64,000 bases of DNA from Octopus sinensis (Eukaryota): positions 105,524,001 to 105,588,000 of the forward strand of contig NC_042998.1 in NCBI RefSeq assembly GCF_006345805.1. The letters are read 5' to 3'. Numbering within the stretch: position 1 is the first letter of the stretch; every line of letters begins with the position of its first letter. The notes under the pieces were generated by a model that worked only from the letters and a program-made list of their open reading frames with translations, was not told where the DNA came from and made no database searches. Below are positions 52,201-64,000 of the stretch, piece after piece. The translations under genes were made by a program, and so were the position numbers.

Positions 52201-53658
52201 GTCGATACAATTTTTGAACTTCAGTGCAACAACTGTACAGCTTGTTTCTTCCTAGAGTTCATCAAGCATTCATAGAAGCAAGAAATTGGTCATACTTATT
52301 GATGTATCATGAGATATGGAAAAGAAAGATGAAAAAAGCTAAAAGCAATAAAAACAGAAAATGGGAAGAGTTTAAATATTTGTAGAGAATACTTATGCCC
52401 TGTTTTTGAATAGAAATTCACAGAATATTGATTAATTTTATGTTTTCGTAACATAAACAATAGGTTTGATTATTAATGGTAATGACGAGTTCTATTCTGT
52501 CATCTAATTATAGGATTTTTGAATTATTGTATTTTCAGAAAAAAAAATGGTTAATAGGCTTTAATGTATATGGCTGTGAATAGATAGTGTTTGTAAAACG
52601 CAAAAAGAAAATTTGTTGATGTGGTTGGTTACAAATATAGGTTGGTTGCACAGGGGATCTCAGTAAAAATATATAGATATTTCCCTTAGCGATTTGATGT
52701 ATAGCTTTGTGAATAATTATATGTGAGAGAAATGACCTCTCTGAGACTCATTAGTTGGTATGTCAGTTCAACTATTAGTTGTTAGAAATACTTATATGGA
52801 ATGATGTGTTGTGGAGGTTAAACAAGCCAAACAAACTGACAGATGAATTTTTGAATTGACATATTTACTCCTATGTTGGCAAACAACATTAATAAATTCA
52901 GTTTTTGATTTTTATAAGAGAAGTAAATGATTAAGGGGAGATGATTAGGGGGTTGCTGCTATTTTTTGTGATGTAAGAGTATGAGTTTGCACAAAAATCA
53001 TATATATGATTTTTATGCAATACTTGAGATAGAGAAACGTGCTACTTAATTTTCATGGATAAGTAGCTGTTTGCACTCCATCAACATTGCAATATCACAC
53101 TTTGGATGTAGATTTGCTTCTTACCATTTTGTTAGATAAATGTGGTTACTTGTAAAAAAAAAAAAACCTCGGCGGGTGGGGGGGGGGACATGTGTGAGTG
53201 TGTGTGCTCATGTTGCTCACAGTGCAAGCAAATCATTGCAGTTGGATGTCTTACTTATTATGTTTTTTTAAACTTATATACACTGCTTTTTAAAATATTA
53301 CTTTAAAGCATTATTTAAACAATAACATGATTTCATAAAGAAAGTTATTTGAGTGGCCAGGCTTGTATAAAGCTTAAGGCATTCAGAATATTCCCAGAAG
53401 AGCCAGAAATGTAATGAAAGATGTGAACTTGAAACAACAAATTTTTTTCACATGCCTGTACAATGTTTTTTTTTTTTTTAAACTAAAATGGAAAGATACA
53501 CATTTCATTCATAATTTCCATTTCGAAATATACTGAAACAGCAGATATTTCAAGACAAAGCAGATTCACATTCCTCACTGAACGATCAGGAAGAGTAACT
53601 CAGAGAGAACTGGAATTATGAGCCTTTTAGTTACAATGTATTAAAGAATACTTTATAC

Positions 53659-53962
53659 CAGGCCTGACCAACTCGAATTACATTGCGGGCCACTTTAATC
53701 ACAGAAAGGTTTCTGAGGGCTGCTTGTATACTGACAGAATTGGAAAGCATTTTGCTTTCTCATGCTATTATTACAATAATGAATAAATAATCATTGATTC
53801 AATATGAAATATTATTTTCACTTTCCATTACAATCTTTAATTTTTGATAAAATTTTAGAATATTTGTTTAAATAAACCCATTTCAAGAAAATATCAAGTG
53901 GGCCACAAGATAAAAATCTGTGGGCCACATGCCACCCTTGGGCCTCAGGTTGGTCAGCTCTT
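53659..53962. mobile_element. hAT (Charlie-like) MITE
   Basis: Termini CAGGCCTGACCAACT / AGGTTGGTCAGCTCTT; 8-bp TSD CTTTATAC / CTCTATAC; subterminal GGGCCAC motifs. Confidence 0.8.
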
Positions 53963-54017
53963 CTCTATACTTACCATTGACTTCTGCAGTTTATTGCTTC
54001 CTCGTGAATCAACAGGA

Positions 54018-54058
<41 letters not shown>

Positions 54059-54704
54059 ACACACACAAATGCACACACACACACACACACACACATATAA
54101 AGCTAGATACATATATACATACGTGCTCACAACACACATGCATACACATACATATGTGTGTATATTTGTATGAATGGTGAGGTAAATTTAGCCCTTTAAT
54201 ATACTTTAGATTACTATATTTCTTGTCATTAGCTAATACAATATTCTTTATTAATTACATTATATTGTCTTTTCTAATAATGTCTCAATTATTTTGCATA
54301 GTTAGAGTTATATGACTTGCTTAAAATGGTAGAAAGTTATAAAACAATACAGACTTCATTATCCACAATATATACACCTTTTTTTAAAGTCTGCAGAAGA
54401 ATAGCTTCATATTTTAGATAGAAAAGACCCTATAGCATGCAGTAACCAATTCAAAGCCTGCTAATAGCAAACAAAGTCAATATATTAGTTGTATTTTATT
54501 TTGTAATTATTCTCAATTCACTTCTAGAGAGATTAATAGATGATACGAAATTGGCAGAATTTCAAACTCATCCATACTCGTCATTATAAAGTTCTTAATA
54601 ATGTTCTAACACCGAGTTATTGTTCCACTTTTAGAAAATAAGAATTCTAGAAGTGGATTAGATAGAGTGTCTAAAAATACAACTATTCTCTTCCTAATTT
54701 GATC

Positions 54705-54804
54705 TATCTATCTATATGTATGCATATATGTTTATATGTATGTATATATATATATGTGTGTGTGTGTGTACGTATGTATGCATGTATATATGTATATATA
54801 TATA

Positions 54805-54861
<57 letters not shown>

Positions 54862-54884
54862 ATATATATGCATATGTGTTTATA

Positions 54885-54933
<49 letters not shown>

Positions 54934-55036
54934 ATTTATATGTGCATATATATAAATATATATAACACACATAGACATATACACATATATAAGTATATAT
55001 ATGTGTGTGTTTATATACACACACACACACACACAT
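54705..55036. repeat. Long compound (TA)n/(TG)n/(CA)n tract
   Basis: Direct; source of the YI/CV/HT ORFs. Confidence 0.95.
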
Positions 55037-55787
55037 ATTTGATGAGGATTCTCAATTATTAAGTCAATCAATTTGTGTAGCAGTCTCCTTATTGGTTAAT
55101 AATTTATCAATGTTAAAAATAAACTAAGCTCTATACTCTGTATCCCCATACACACACCCCTCAGCTATCAAATTCAATCTTCTTGAGGTCTACTTATATT
55201 TTTGATTTAATATTCGGCAAGTCTATGAAGCTATATTTTATCACAAATTATTATTCTCCTCACAGATGTAGAACTTGTCTAAATGTTCATCTCATTGATG
55301 GGATCTGATCAATAACTTTAAGTATCAGCTGCTTAAGTCATAGTAGTGCCTTTTGTCCTTTACATTCATTCATATTGCACTTTAAGAAAAGCAGGTAATA
55401 TTTTCTTACATTGTCAGAAAGCAATTTGAACAGGCCTATTCTCTCCCTGATTGCTTTATGTCTTTGGCATCAAATTATTTTCAGCTTTGAGTTAGAACTG
55501 AGTTAGAACTGGTAACAAGGTAACAAGATAACTATGGTTTTCTTATACAGTATTGATTACTCTGTTATATTTCAATGTAGCTAGTTCAAATTCTTCAGAG
55601 TTAAAATATTAGAAGTTCTTAAACATAGCTATGGATAATAGAGTGGTAGCAGAACAGACTTCTGATTATTAAAGATACTTTTCATAGGAGCAAGGTCGAA
55701 GCTGTCAAGAACCATGTAAAGACTGCCTATAATCCATCTACTAATGATTCTAACACTATTTTCAACCATTCAGAATATTTTCCCACT

Positions 55788-55998
55788 AAGGCAGTGAGCT
55801 GGCAGAAACGTTAGCATGCTGGGTGAAACAGTTAGCAGTATTTCATCTGTCAGTACCTTCTGAGTTCAAATTCTGCTGAGGTCGACTTTGTCTTTCATCC
55901 TTTCAGGGTCGATAAATTAAGTACCAGTTTCGTACTGGGGTCGATCTAATCGACTGGCTCCCTCCCCAAAATTTTCGGGCCTAGAGTAGAAAAGAATA
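55788..55998 (+). mobile_element. SINE family A, near full length; a degenerate inverse copy follows at ~56075-56290
   Basis: GGCAGTGAGCTGGCAGAAACGTTAGC...GAGTTCAAATTC...GTAGAAAAGAATA. Confidence 0.88.
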
Positions 55999-56339
55999 GT
56001 TTCCCACAAGTAACAAAGTCAGATTTCAATAAGAAATAACAATAAAATTTTACAGAGACACAAGACAATGATTCTTTTTAATTTTGGCTCAAAGTTAGCA
56101 ATTTTGAAATATGAGGTCTAGTCAATTACATCAGTGCTAGTGCTCAACTGGTATTTATTTTAACCACCTTAAAAGGATAAAGAGCAAAGTTAATCTCAGT
56201 GAGATTTGATCTCAGTATGTAATGATTTATAAAAAAAGGCCACTGAGTATTTTGTTCAATATGCTAACAATTCTGCCAACTCATTACCTTGAGACACAAA
56301 AAAGGTATTAAAACTTGACTAAAAAAACTCAATCTCTAC

Positions 56340-56975
56340 TCTCTCCAATGCCGCTGGGAATGCTACATCATTTGTGTGATGTGGAAAATATTCCATCAAT
56401 ATTACATAAATGATGTTGGCATCAGCTTTAAAATCCATCCAAGACTTGACTTCTATGCTATCCACACACTACAAAAATCGAACTCAGGACACATAACAAC
56501 ATTATATCACAACTACATTACCTCAAACGGTTCAGCTCTCGTTAATACCATACCAAAATATGTGAAAATGGAAATGGATCCCATAAAATTTCTTCAAAGT
56601 AGCTGTCTGTAGTTATCCCCTTTCTCTTTGATTTTTGAAAACATATTCACATACTTTTCCTTGTCAGTCCCAAGCAACTATATCTGGTTTATTTTTAACA
56701 TTGATAAATTATTAACCAATAAAACTGCTACACAAATTGATTGACTTAATAATTGAGAATCCACAGTTAGGGGAGCAAGCCCATAAAATTTCTTCAGCTA
56801 CTGGACAAATTTCTTCAAAAACCCCGGACCAACCTCCTACACCTGAATATGTCTCCAACAATAATAACTCTTTGCTAGAGTAAGCCATGATGCCTCATAT
56901 ATGAACTAAAAGACTTCACCAGGAAGTACTATTAAGTTAGACATGGTCTGGACCTATACTGGCCGAAACCTATCA
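56340..56975 (+). mobile_element. CR1-group LINE 3' end interrupted by a 183-bp insertion
   Basis: WKIFHQYYINDVGISFKIHPRL...MDPIKFLQ|LLDKFLQK-PDQPPTPEYVSNNNNSLL; tail (ATCAAAGTT)2. Confidence 0.75.
56597..56779 (-). other. Locally templated chimeric insertion with 17-bp TSD
   Basis: Inverted copies of 60856-60952 and 55046-55124; CCCATAAAATTTCTTCA at 56580-56596 and 56780-56796. Confidence 0.92.
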
Positions 56976-58009
56976 AAGTTATCAAAGTTATATACTTTGT
57001 AAACTACTTCATGTTTATGCGTTCTCTTTGTATTTTCATCATTGATATTACAGATAATGCACACTATCAAGGCAGATGCAAGATGAATTTCGTTTTGCCC
57101 ATATTCATTTTGTGCTGAAATCCATTCATCACCACTTTTGCTCTTCCCATCATTTCAAGGATGATACAATAAGCACCAATAATACATGTAGACACCTGTG
57201 TAGTTAAGGAGTCTGTTTTAAAACCAATGGATTCAGACCTATTGTTTGGTGCCTTGGGCACTTGACTTCTACTTTAGACTGACCAGTGTTGCAAGTAGAA
57301 TTTGGTGGAAGAAAACTGTGCAGAAGCCAGCCGTACATGTGTGTGTGTGTGCATCTTCTCTGAAAGTTGGCACGAGTGCAAAACTAGTGTTCTTCAAAGG
57401 AAGTCCTTTGCAACATTAAAGTCCATGCACCAATTTACCAACACTCTGTTGTTAATCATACTATCAAAAATGCTGTGAACTAATGATTATTCTATTAGAA
57501 ACCAATGGGCAAGACATGAACATCCCTTGAGCAATTCCTCAATAATGTACTCACTCATAAAGGTACAACACTTCTTACAAATTACTTCCGCATTTAAGGA
57601 AATTGAGTTAGCTACTAAATTATTAAAGTACTTGGATGATAATCAAGGATTATATGTTCAAGCTCTTCCAATTTTTTATTCTCTCACTTAATTATATATT
57701 AATGAGTGTTTCAATTAAATATATAAGATTTGCTTCTGTACTGCTGAGTAATATATATTTAAAATCTTTAGTCATAAATAACCTTGTTGAAATTCCATAG
57801 TATTTCAGCATCTTCATCAGACTTTATTGTCACATCTCTCACCAGTCATCTTGTCTTTTTTTTTCTTTCACCACTTTTATTTTGCCATCCAAACCATTCA
57901 TTACTGAATAGCACTCTCTTACTTAGCAGTCTAGAATTCTTGTTTCATGGTTTGTGTTTGTTGGGTTATATCCTAACCATTTATCCTTATATCTGCCAGT
58001 CTGTCTGTC

Positions 58010-58320
<311 letters not shown>

Positions 58321-59304
58321 TTCACCCATCTATCCATTCAAAATAGATTATTTTACAGGTTCAGGAGTGGTTGTGTGTTAAGAAGTTTGCTTCCCAACTT
58401 ACATGGTTCCAGGTTCAGTTCTACTGCATGGCACTGAGAGGCTCACAAAAATTTAGGCTACAATCCTCACGCTTGTAACTAAGGGCAGGTGTCTCTGATG
58501 TTATGAATATTCCAAAGAGAATATTTCAAGATGGTCTTTCTGTAATTCTGTTTATTTTAGCATTGTCAATCTTTTTACAAAAATCCAATGACTACATGCT
58601 AGTTCCTACAACTACTTGATACACAAATGTAACTCATAATTTCTTTGTGGATGATCTGAAGGTCTATACCAAAAAATGGTTGTGGTGCCAAAAAGCTGCT
58701 GGAGTCAATACAACTTTCAGCTGACATAAGAATGGAATTTGGTCAAAAAAAGCAACAGTATTTGATTGCTGAACATGGAAAATGTGTCCCTTAAGCTTAA
58801 AACTTGTGCATCAATGGTTTCACTTCTGTTCCACACAAAGAATAATGTATTATGACCAAAGATAGAGTGACTAAAGAATATCATGCCAGGATTGGAAAAA
58901 TATGGTAGTTGGAACTCTCCTCTTGCAACAAGACAATATCCCATGATACATTTATATTATCAGTGTTGATTTGAGATACTTGACTAGTCTACAAAGAAAA
59001 TCCACTCCATAGACATTTAAACCTACAAAATCCTAACATCAAATGGAAACTTCCATGGAAATAATGAAATCAACAGTCTCTGTCTAAAAAGAGATGAAAG
59101 TGTTAGAGATTTGATATCAGTGGAGACAGCCTTTGGATGTCATAAACTATCTCTCAAGACAGCACCTGCTACACAACAGGAGCAAAAACAGTTAGACTAA
59201 CATACCCTAAAGAAGACCTGAATGTGTAATACTCAACAGGCAAAAACAAAAATTATGTATGAGTATGTTTCCAAAAACTTGAAAATGATAATAATATCTT
59301 CTCT

Positions 59305-60185
59305 ACTATGGACACAAGACCTGAAATTTTAGGGGTAGCAGCTAATCAATTACATCAACCCCAGTGCTTAATTCAGGGGTCAGGGAACTTTTTTAATCAG
59401 TTACTCCAAAATATATTTATTTACACTGATGTTACACCCTTGATTTGAAAGGAAGGAAGTCATAGATTTTTTTAATTCAAAAGTTTTATTGAAACTATTT
59501 ATATATAGAATAAATATAAATATAAAAAGTTTAAAACAAATGCGATAAATAAATTAATATCTTCATTATGAAACAAAAAGATTTTTTCTAGAAACATTTT
59601 CACTTCAGGTTTTGGAGAAATGATGTTTCATTTTTGTTACAATTACACCAAAATCAGAGCATTTTGATGTCAGAATAATTTGAATACAGTCTTCGATATT
59701 CAGTTGATTTCATTAAAGAGATAAATTGAAAAACTACTAAAATCTAAACAAAGCAAAAACGTGTGTCAAAAAATAAGGTTAAGGCAGATAATAGACAATT
59801 GACAAATAATATCGGTTTAGTCACTTGGCAACACCTTAGCAACTAAATTGTTTGTAGTTCAAAATAGCGTGATGTTTCCTAAAAGATGTCCATTAATTAC
59901 ATTTGACAGATGCAGTGTTGCCAGAAGAAAAATTTCTGTCATAAAAAGGAACAGGCTTTTTATATAATTTTACATATATCTAATGAGTCCTCATTGCCCC
60001 CATGCATTTAATTTTTAACCCACTAGGAGTAATTTACCCCTGTTCACTGACTTCTGGCTTAGTTGGTACTTATTTCATCAACCCCAAAAGGATGAAAGAA
60101 GTCAGCATTGGTAGAATTTGAACTCAGAATATAAAGACAGATGAAGTTTTAGTAAGCTTTTTGTCCACAGTGCTAACATTACTGC
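59305..60185 (-). mobile_element. SINE family A split by a hAT element
   Basis: ...CATCAACCCCAGTGCTTAATT [insert] GCTTAGTTGGTACTTATTTCATCAACCCC...TTTGAACTCAG. Confidence 0.8.
59374..60056. mobile_element. Non-autonomous hAT element (683 bp)
   Basis: Termini CAGGGGTCAGGGAAC / GTTCACTGACTTCTG; 8-bp TSD GCTTAATT / GCTTAGTT. Confidence 0.82.
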
Positions 60186-60429
60186 CAACAGACTGTCTTG
60201 AAGATGACACTAACATCAACATGCAGGGCATCCTATCTTGTGACCTCTGCAGTATGTGACACTTCGAAGGTCAAGCATTTTGCAACTCAAGAGCAGGAGA
60301 TTACTACAAAATACCTAATAAATGAAAGAGACAGTGAACTCTTGGAGCCCCAGTTTGTAACCGAAACAGTCAATTATGTCTCATTTCTGTGGAAGGTATC
60401 ACATATGTGAATAGCAGATGCTGAAAGGT

Positions 60430-60695
60430 GTCAGCAAAGTACTATCTTTGAATGCAACACGATGTTCTCACTAAAACAATATACAAAGCTATCAAGGTGG
60501 CAAGCATGCTGGGTGAAATGCTTACCGGTATTTCGTCTGTCTTTACATTCTGAGTTCAAATTCTGCTGAGGTTGACTTTGCCTTTCATTCTTTCGGAGTT
60601 GACAAATTAAGTAGTAATTGCATACTGGAGTCGATCTAATCAACTGGCTCCCTCCCCCAAAATTTTGGGTTTTGTGCCTAGAGTAGAAAAGAATA
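60430..60695 (+). mobile_element. SINE family A
   Basis: GAGTTCAAATTCTGCTGAGGTTGACTTTGCC...CCTAGAGTAGAAAAGAATA. Confidence 0.85.
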
Positions 60696-61139
60696 TACAA
60701 AGCCATCTGAAAAGAGACTGTCTTGGGAGAGATATAGAGAAACACACTCACATACACACACACACACACACACCTGTTGTTGAACACATACATAAACATC
60801 AACACAAGTAATATTGGTGGAATATTCCCATCAAGCTTCTCCTAAGTGGAAGCATAATAAACCAGATATAGTTGCTTGGGACTGACAAGGAAAAGTATGT
60901 GAATATGTTTTCAAAAATCAAAGAGAAAGAAGATAACTACAGACAGCTACTTCAAAATCTTCAGTTTCTGTACACAGATTCTAAATTCACTTTTATATCA
61001 AACTAATGTATGATCTTTATTATGTGAGTAAACTCCTCAGTGACAATCCAGGGCTTTCAGAAGCAAAAAAATAGAAAAGAACCTAAGTATATGCATACAC
61101 ACACACATGCACACACACACACACACATATATATGCATA

Positions 61140-61620
61140 TATGGTACAGGACGTCACCAACTATGTAAACAACATGAAATACGAAAACAAACGAGTTAAA
61201 TACGCAAATAATGAGTGAAAAAATGGATAACTGGACAGGTAAACATAGAGAATTACCCTTCATCAGTTGCCAACTGTCAATCTACTTCTCATTTCGAGGA
61301 TTCAACGACAACATGAGTCTTCAAAGATAGTTGCTCCCATAAATTACAAAATAAAATTTAGGATTTATGGAGGGTCAAAGGTGGGAACAAAAACAGGACA
61401 GTAGAGACATACAAGGAAACTGAGCACAAACAAACATGGAGGGTCATTAAACCAGAACACGAGGAAAATAATGAATGCTAGGAGAAATATTTTCTTTGAA
61501 AAGGAAAAAGATAGAAGAGAGAAAGAAAACGTCCAGTCCTTTGAACGTCCGTGCAGGTAAAGAAAGATTGTCACGTGAGGAAAAGATGGACGATGGTCAT
61601 GTGTGAGCAACGAGAGAGAG
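61140..61620. repeat. Unclassified interspersed repeat, related to 34190-34710
   Basis: Shared block order, see 34190-34710. Confidence 0.5.
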
Positions 61621-63767
61621 AGAGAAAAAGAGAAAGAGAGGGAGAGAGAGAGACAGATATAAAATGGAGAAGAAGGGAATTAGAGAAGGATGGAGGAAGA
61701 AAACATATATTACATTTATAGATAGACCATCAGAGACAGACAGATTGACTGACTGATGGACAGACAGACAGATAGCTAGATGTAGATATTATACTATTAA
61801 TGCAAGAGTAGCAATTTATTGATTGATAATATATAAACCAGCAGCCACAACAGCAGCAGCAGCAGCATTTTTATAAATGTTTTTTTAGTCCTTGAAGTGC
61901 TGAATTAGTAATATTAACCTAAGAAAATGAAGCATTTCCAAGGCCTTGAGGGGGTTGATAAACTTGTGGTTCGGTTTGAGATTTCATAGTATTTATTGAT
62001 GGGAAATACACCTCCTCCTTAAGGTGCCAGTCAACCAAAAACATGACTTCTACATGATCTGACCTATTTTACCAATAGCTAGATGAACTGAGATACGTGA
62101 AATGAAGGATGCTTCCCCTCCCCAAGGCCTTTAAGCTGCTTGCTTGATTTAATCTAAGTATGAAAGCTACTGAGAAACTAAACTAATGTAAATCCAATAT
62201 TATTCACCATTAATTATTTTACCCTATAATTTGATTTAATTCTATATTTGCTTATTTTTCTAGTTGCTTAGTGTATAATAGTGGTGTTGTCACTTCAGGA
62301 ATAACATTTAGACATCTAATCTACCGTAGTGATGTCTTCAGGAATAATTCCAAACAAACATTGTAGTAATTTATTCTGCTCAAAGCTCTGATATTGAAAA
62401 ACTTTTATCTGGATGAGACAGACGAAAAATAGTAGAGTCCATGACATTTTGTGGCAGTTCTGAGACTGGTGAAAAGAAAGAGGTTGTTCTCTGATCAAAG
62501 GCGGATCCTGAATGCTTAGAACAGATATGGACCTGTGAATGGAATCCATGGACCAAGTTGTGCGAAATTGGATAGCAGATTAAGTTTATCATGTATAAAA
62601 AAATGTATGGTTCATTTACTGGGTTTTCACACAGTTCCTGTCAAACCAAAAAGGCTTGGACAATTTACTGTAATGGTAGAAGACATCTGTACAAGATGTC
62701 GTGCAGTAGGATCAAACATAGAAACACATGATTGCAAAGCAAAGTGCTTAACTACATGGTCATTATCAACATTTACTATCATAAGGAGTTCTGCTTTTTA
62801 ATTAGCTGGATTAGTAAGGTTTAGAGAATATATGTAAAAATGCATAGATTATTGCCTAGAAGAGATCTGAATTAATGGGGAAGTGCCTAATAACTGTAGA
62901 GCAATACCATATTGAATTAGAGCACTCTTATACATTTCAGTGAAGTAATAAGATATAACATATAGTCAGGTATATACTAACATACTTCACTATTCATACT
63001 TTATATAGCAAACATAATGTTTATTTATTAAAACTATGCTTATATCAAGGAGAAAAAAACATTGTTGAGCAATGCTTAAGTAAACCCAAAAAAAAAAAAA
63101 AAAAAAAGGCAAAGGCAAAAGATGCACCAATGCTTTAATTCAAATTAGAAATAGATAATGTAATAAGGAGAGCAAAAGAAAATAACATTTTAGATGATGT
63201 GACAATGTGGAAATTATTGGTCTTCCTAATTCTCCTCCAAAACTTTGTACTCTACTGTTCATGATATCCATTAAGTGATTAGCATACAACTGCTCAAACT
63301 GAACATCAATTACATAGATTTCATTTAATTATCTCTGTTACTAAGCATAAGAGGGACAGAAAAAATGGAATGCATGTTAATTCTCTTGAGATTAACTGAT
63401 AAAAATCACTACTTTTGAGAAACCTTCTTCAATAGAATCAAGATACAGATATACTCCATAAACACAGCTAAAATCTTCATACAACACACACTGTAAATTT
63501 CCAATTGTAAATTTCCAATTAGATGTAGAAAATTCTTCAAATCTGATTGGATTAACTTTACATTTCTGTGTTGACAAAATAAGTACCAGTAATATACAAG
63601 AATTTAATGAATTAACTACAACTTTTCCAAAGAATTTGCAGCACTGAATGAAAGTAAAAATTATATTATCATCCTTTCGTTCTTTTGTGGGTCAATAAAA
63701 TAAACATATCAATTATTATTATTGTTGTTGTTGCTGTTATTTTGTTATCATTATTATCATTATTAAG

Positions 63768-64000
63768 AAGGTGGCAAGCTGGCAGAATCATTAACATGCC
63801 GAGCAAAATGCTTAGCAGTATTTTGTCTGTCATTATATTCTGAGTTCAAATTCTGCCGAAGTCAACTTTGCCTTTCATCTTTTCGAGGTCAATAAATTAA
63901 GTACCAGCTGCATACTGAGGTCGATCCAATCGACTGGCCCCCTCCCCCAAAATTTCAGACCTTGTGCCTATAATAGAAAGGATTATTATTATTATTATTA
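63768..64000 (+). mobile_element. SINE family A, full length, with (ATT)n tail
   Basis: AAGGTGGCAAGCTGGCAGAATC...GAGTTCAAATTCTGCC...GAAAGGATTATTATT. Confidence 0.9.

Larger units (their letters stand above)
58480..60960 (+). mobile_element. Old copy of the second RLE-type LINE, fragmented by later insertions
   Basis: Colinear motifs THNFFVDDLKVY (~58630), QEQEITTKYLINERD (~60290), WWNIPIK...HNKPDIVAWD (~60815-60880). Confidence 0.7.

Noticed and set aside
54699-55071. YI/CV/HT/LSIY-repeat ORFs throughout the window
   Set aside because: Di-, tri- and tetranucleotide microsatellites read in open frames.
55788-55870. A/B-box sequences as tRNA genes
   Set aside because: No cloverleaf; always followed by a SINE core and tail.
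56940-56990. GGTC...GGCCGAAAC as a Penelope hammerhead remnant
   Set aside because: No CUGANGA; better explained as the 3' stem-loop and tail of the CR1-group LINE.
57795-57825. CTGATGA-AGATGCT-GAAA on the minus strand as a hammerhead
   Set aside because: No stem I or III pairing; it translates as [11 protein letters not shown], resembling the RLE-LINE motif ExxxxILWD.
61250-61320. GAAA...CTGATGA here, and GAAA...CTGAAGA at ~34320-34350, as permuted hammerheads
   Set aside because: No valid stem III with NUH; the CUG is tied up in a local palindrome.

Overview
Eukaryotic, very AT-rich, repeat-dense genomic DNA. The SINE, LINE and microsatellite set is the one I recognise from Octopus (coleoid cephalopod) genomes; the species call is an inference. 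I found no convincing host protein-coding exon, rRNA, true tRNA or CRISPR array. Most ORF-track entries are microsatellite or low-complexity artefacts, so the window is probably a large intron or intergenic region. It contains: (1) a young, 5'-truncated R4/Dong-clade non-LTR retrotransposon (RT + CCHC + restriction-like endonuclease, one frameshift) plus two shorter copies, all in (TAA)n tracts; (2) an older second RLE-type LINE family; (3) RTE-clade LINE pieces, one with a PHD-like finger inside the RT and others with C-terminal C2H2 fingers; (4) CR1-group and L1/Tx1 remnants; (5) Tc1, mariner, hAT and Helentron-like DNA elements, several with verifiable TIRs and TSDs; (6) more than 25 copies of two tRNA-derived SINE families. 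The most unusual item is a 183-bp insertion at 56597-56779, flanked by a 17-bp target duplication. It is built from two near-identical inverted copies of local sequence (55046-55124 and 60856-60952) fused at a 7-bp microhomology. All alignments were done by eye, so identities and the boundaries of old repeats are approximate.
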